A stretch of DNA of 62,949 nt, filler included, from Octopus bimaculoides (lineage: Eukaryota), in assembly GCF_001194135.2 (NCBI RefSeq). It is 4 parts of 4 records of this genome, joined end to end, with 100 filler letters (N's around TTAATTAATTAA, not from the genome) between each part and the next. Parts side by side here need not be neighbours in the genome. Positions count along the whole stretch, not along the records: positions 57,868 to 62,949 come from NC_068984.1; 3 more parts are not named here. One strand, written 5' to 3'. This document shows positions 62,561-62,949 of the stretch, piece after piece (position 1 is the first letter of the stretch; each line of letters opens with the position of its first letter). The translations under genes and the position numbers were made by a program. A model generated the notes under the pieces. It was not told the origin of the DNA, did no database searches, and worked only from the letters and a program-made list of their open reading frames with translations.

Positions 62561-62779
62561 GGCGGCGAGCTGGCAGAGACGTTAGCACGCCGGGCGAAAT
62601 GCTTAGCGATATTTCGTCTGCCGTTACATTCTGAGTTCAAATTCCGCCGAGGTCAACTTTGCCTTTCATCCTTTTGGGGTGGATAAATTTAGTACCAGTT
62701 ACTGGGGTCGATGTAATCGACTTAATCCCTTTGTCTGTCCTTGTTTGTCCCCTCTATGTTTAGCCCCTTGTGGGAAATA
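62561..62779 (+). mobile_element. Full-length SINE family B with a 24-bp TSD, inserted in an old family A copy
   Basis: Head GGCGGCGAGCTGGCAGAG, B box GAGTTCAAATTCC. TSD AGAAACAGAAAGATAGCCATCATA (62537-62560) / AGAAACAGAAAGATACCCATCATA (62780-62803). Confidence 0.92.
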
Positions 62780-62829
62780 AGAAACAGAAAGATACCCATC
62801 ATATATGTATATATATATATATATATATG

Positions 62830-62949
62830 GGAGAATTTACGAAAAAAACAACAGACGAGGACAGGTGGTGTAAACAACAAAAGGATGTATTAGTTTAACG
62901 CTCAGGAATAGAGAAAGTCTTTAACGTTTCGAGCTACGCTCTTCAATAG
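62830..62949 (-). mobile_element. Probable Penelope-like terminal segment with a degenerate hammerhead-like motif, cut by the window end
   Basis: Reverse complement reads CTATTGA-A-GAGC-GTA-GCTC-GAAAC-GTT. Confidence 0.5.

Overview
AT-rich, repeat-dense eukaryotic draft scaffold with many N gaps. The tRNA-headed SINE families, the (TA)n/(CA)n density and the TTAATTAATTAA gap linkers point to an Octopus assembly (inference from recalled repeat families). The only clear protein-coding gene is a DUF229-family (alkaline-phosphatase superfamily) gene at 89-1963 (-), encoded in one ORF with its membrane anchor hidden in a gap. The rest is mostly repeats: at least six SINE-like families; decayed L1/Tx1, CR1/jockey-group, RTE and R4/Dong LINE pieces; two mariner families; hAT, Tc1/pogo and foldback MITEs; a Helitron helicase fragment; probable Penelope-like ends with hammerhead-like motifs; and microsatellites. 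Most other ORFs in the track are microsatellite or N-gap artefacts. The most notable structures are: (1) an exon-like segment at 46390-46480 (-) facing an inverted degenerate copy of itself across a (TA)n loop, a candidate editing-complementary hairpin; (2) a ~4.2-kb diverged quasi-palindrome at 13848-18062; (3) two mariner pieces 10.8 kb apart, in opposite orientation, whose broken ends appear to fit together; (4) four hammerhead-like motifs. All alignments were made by eye and no searches were run.
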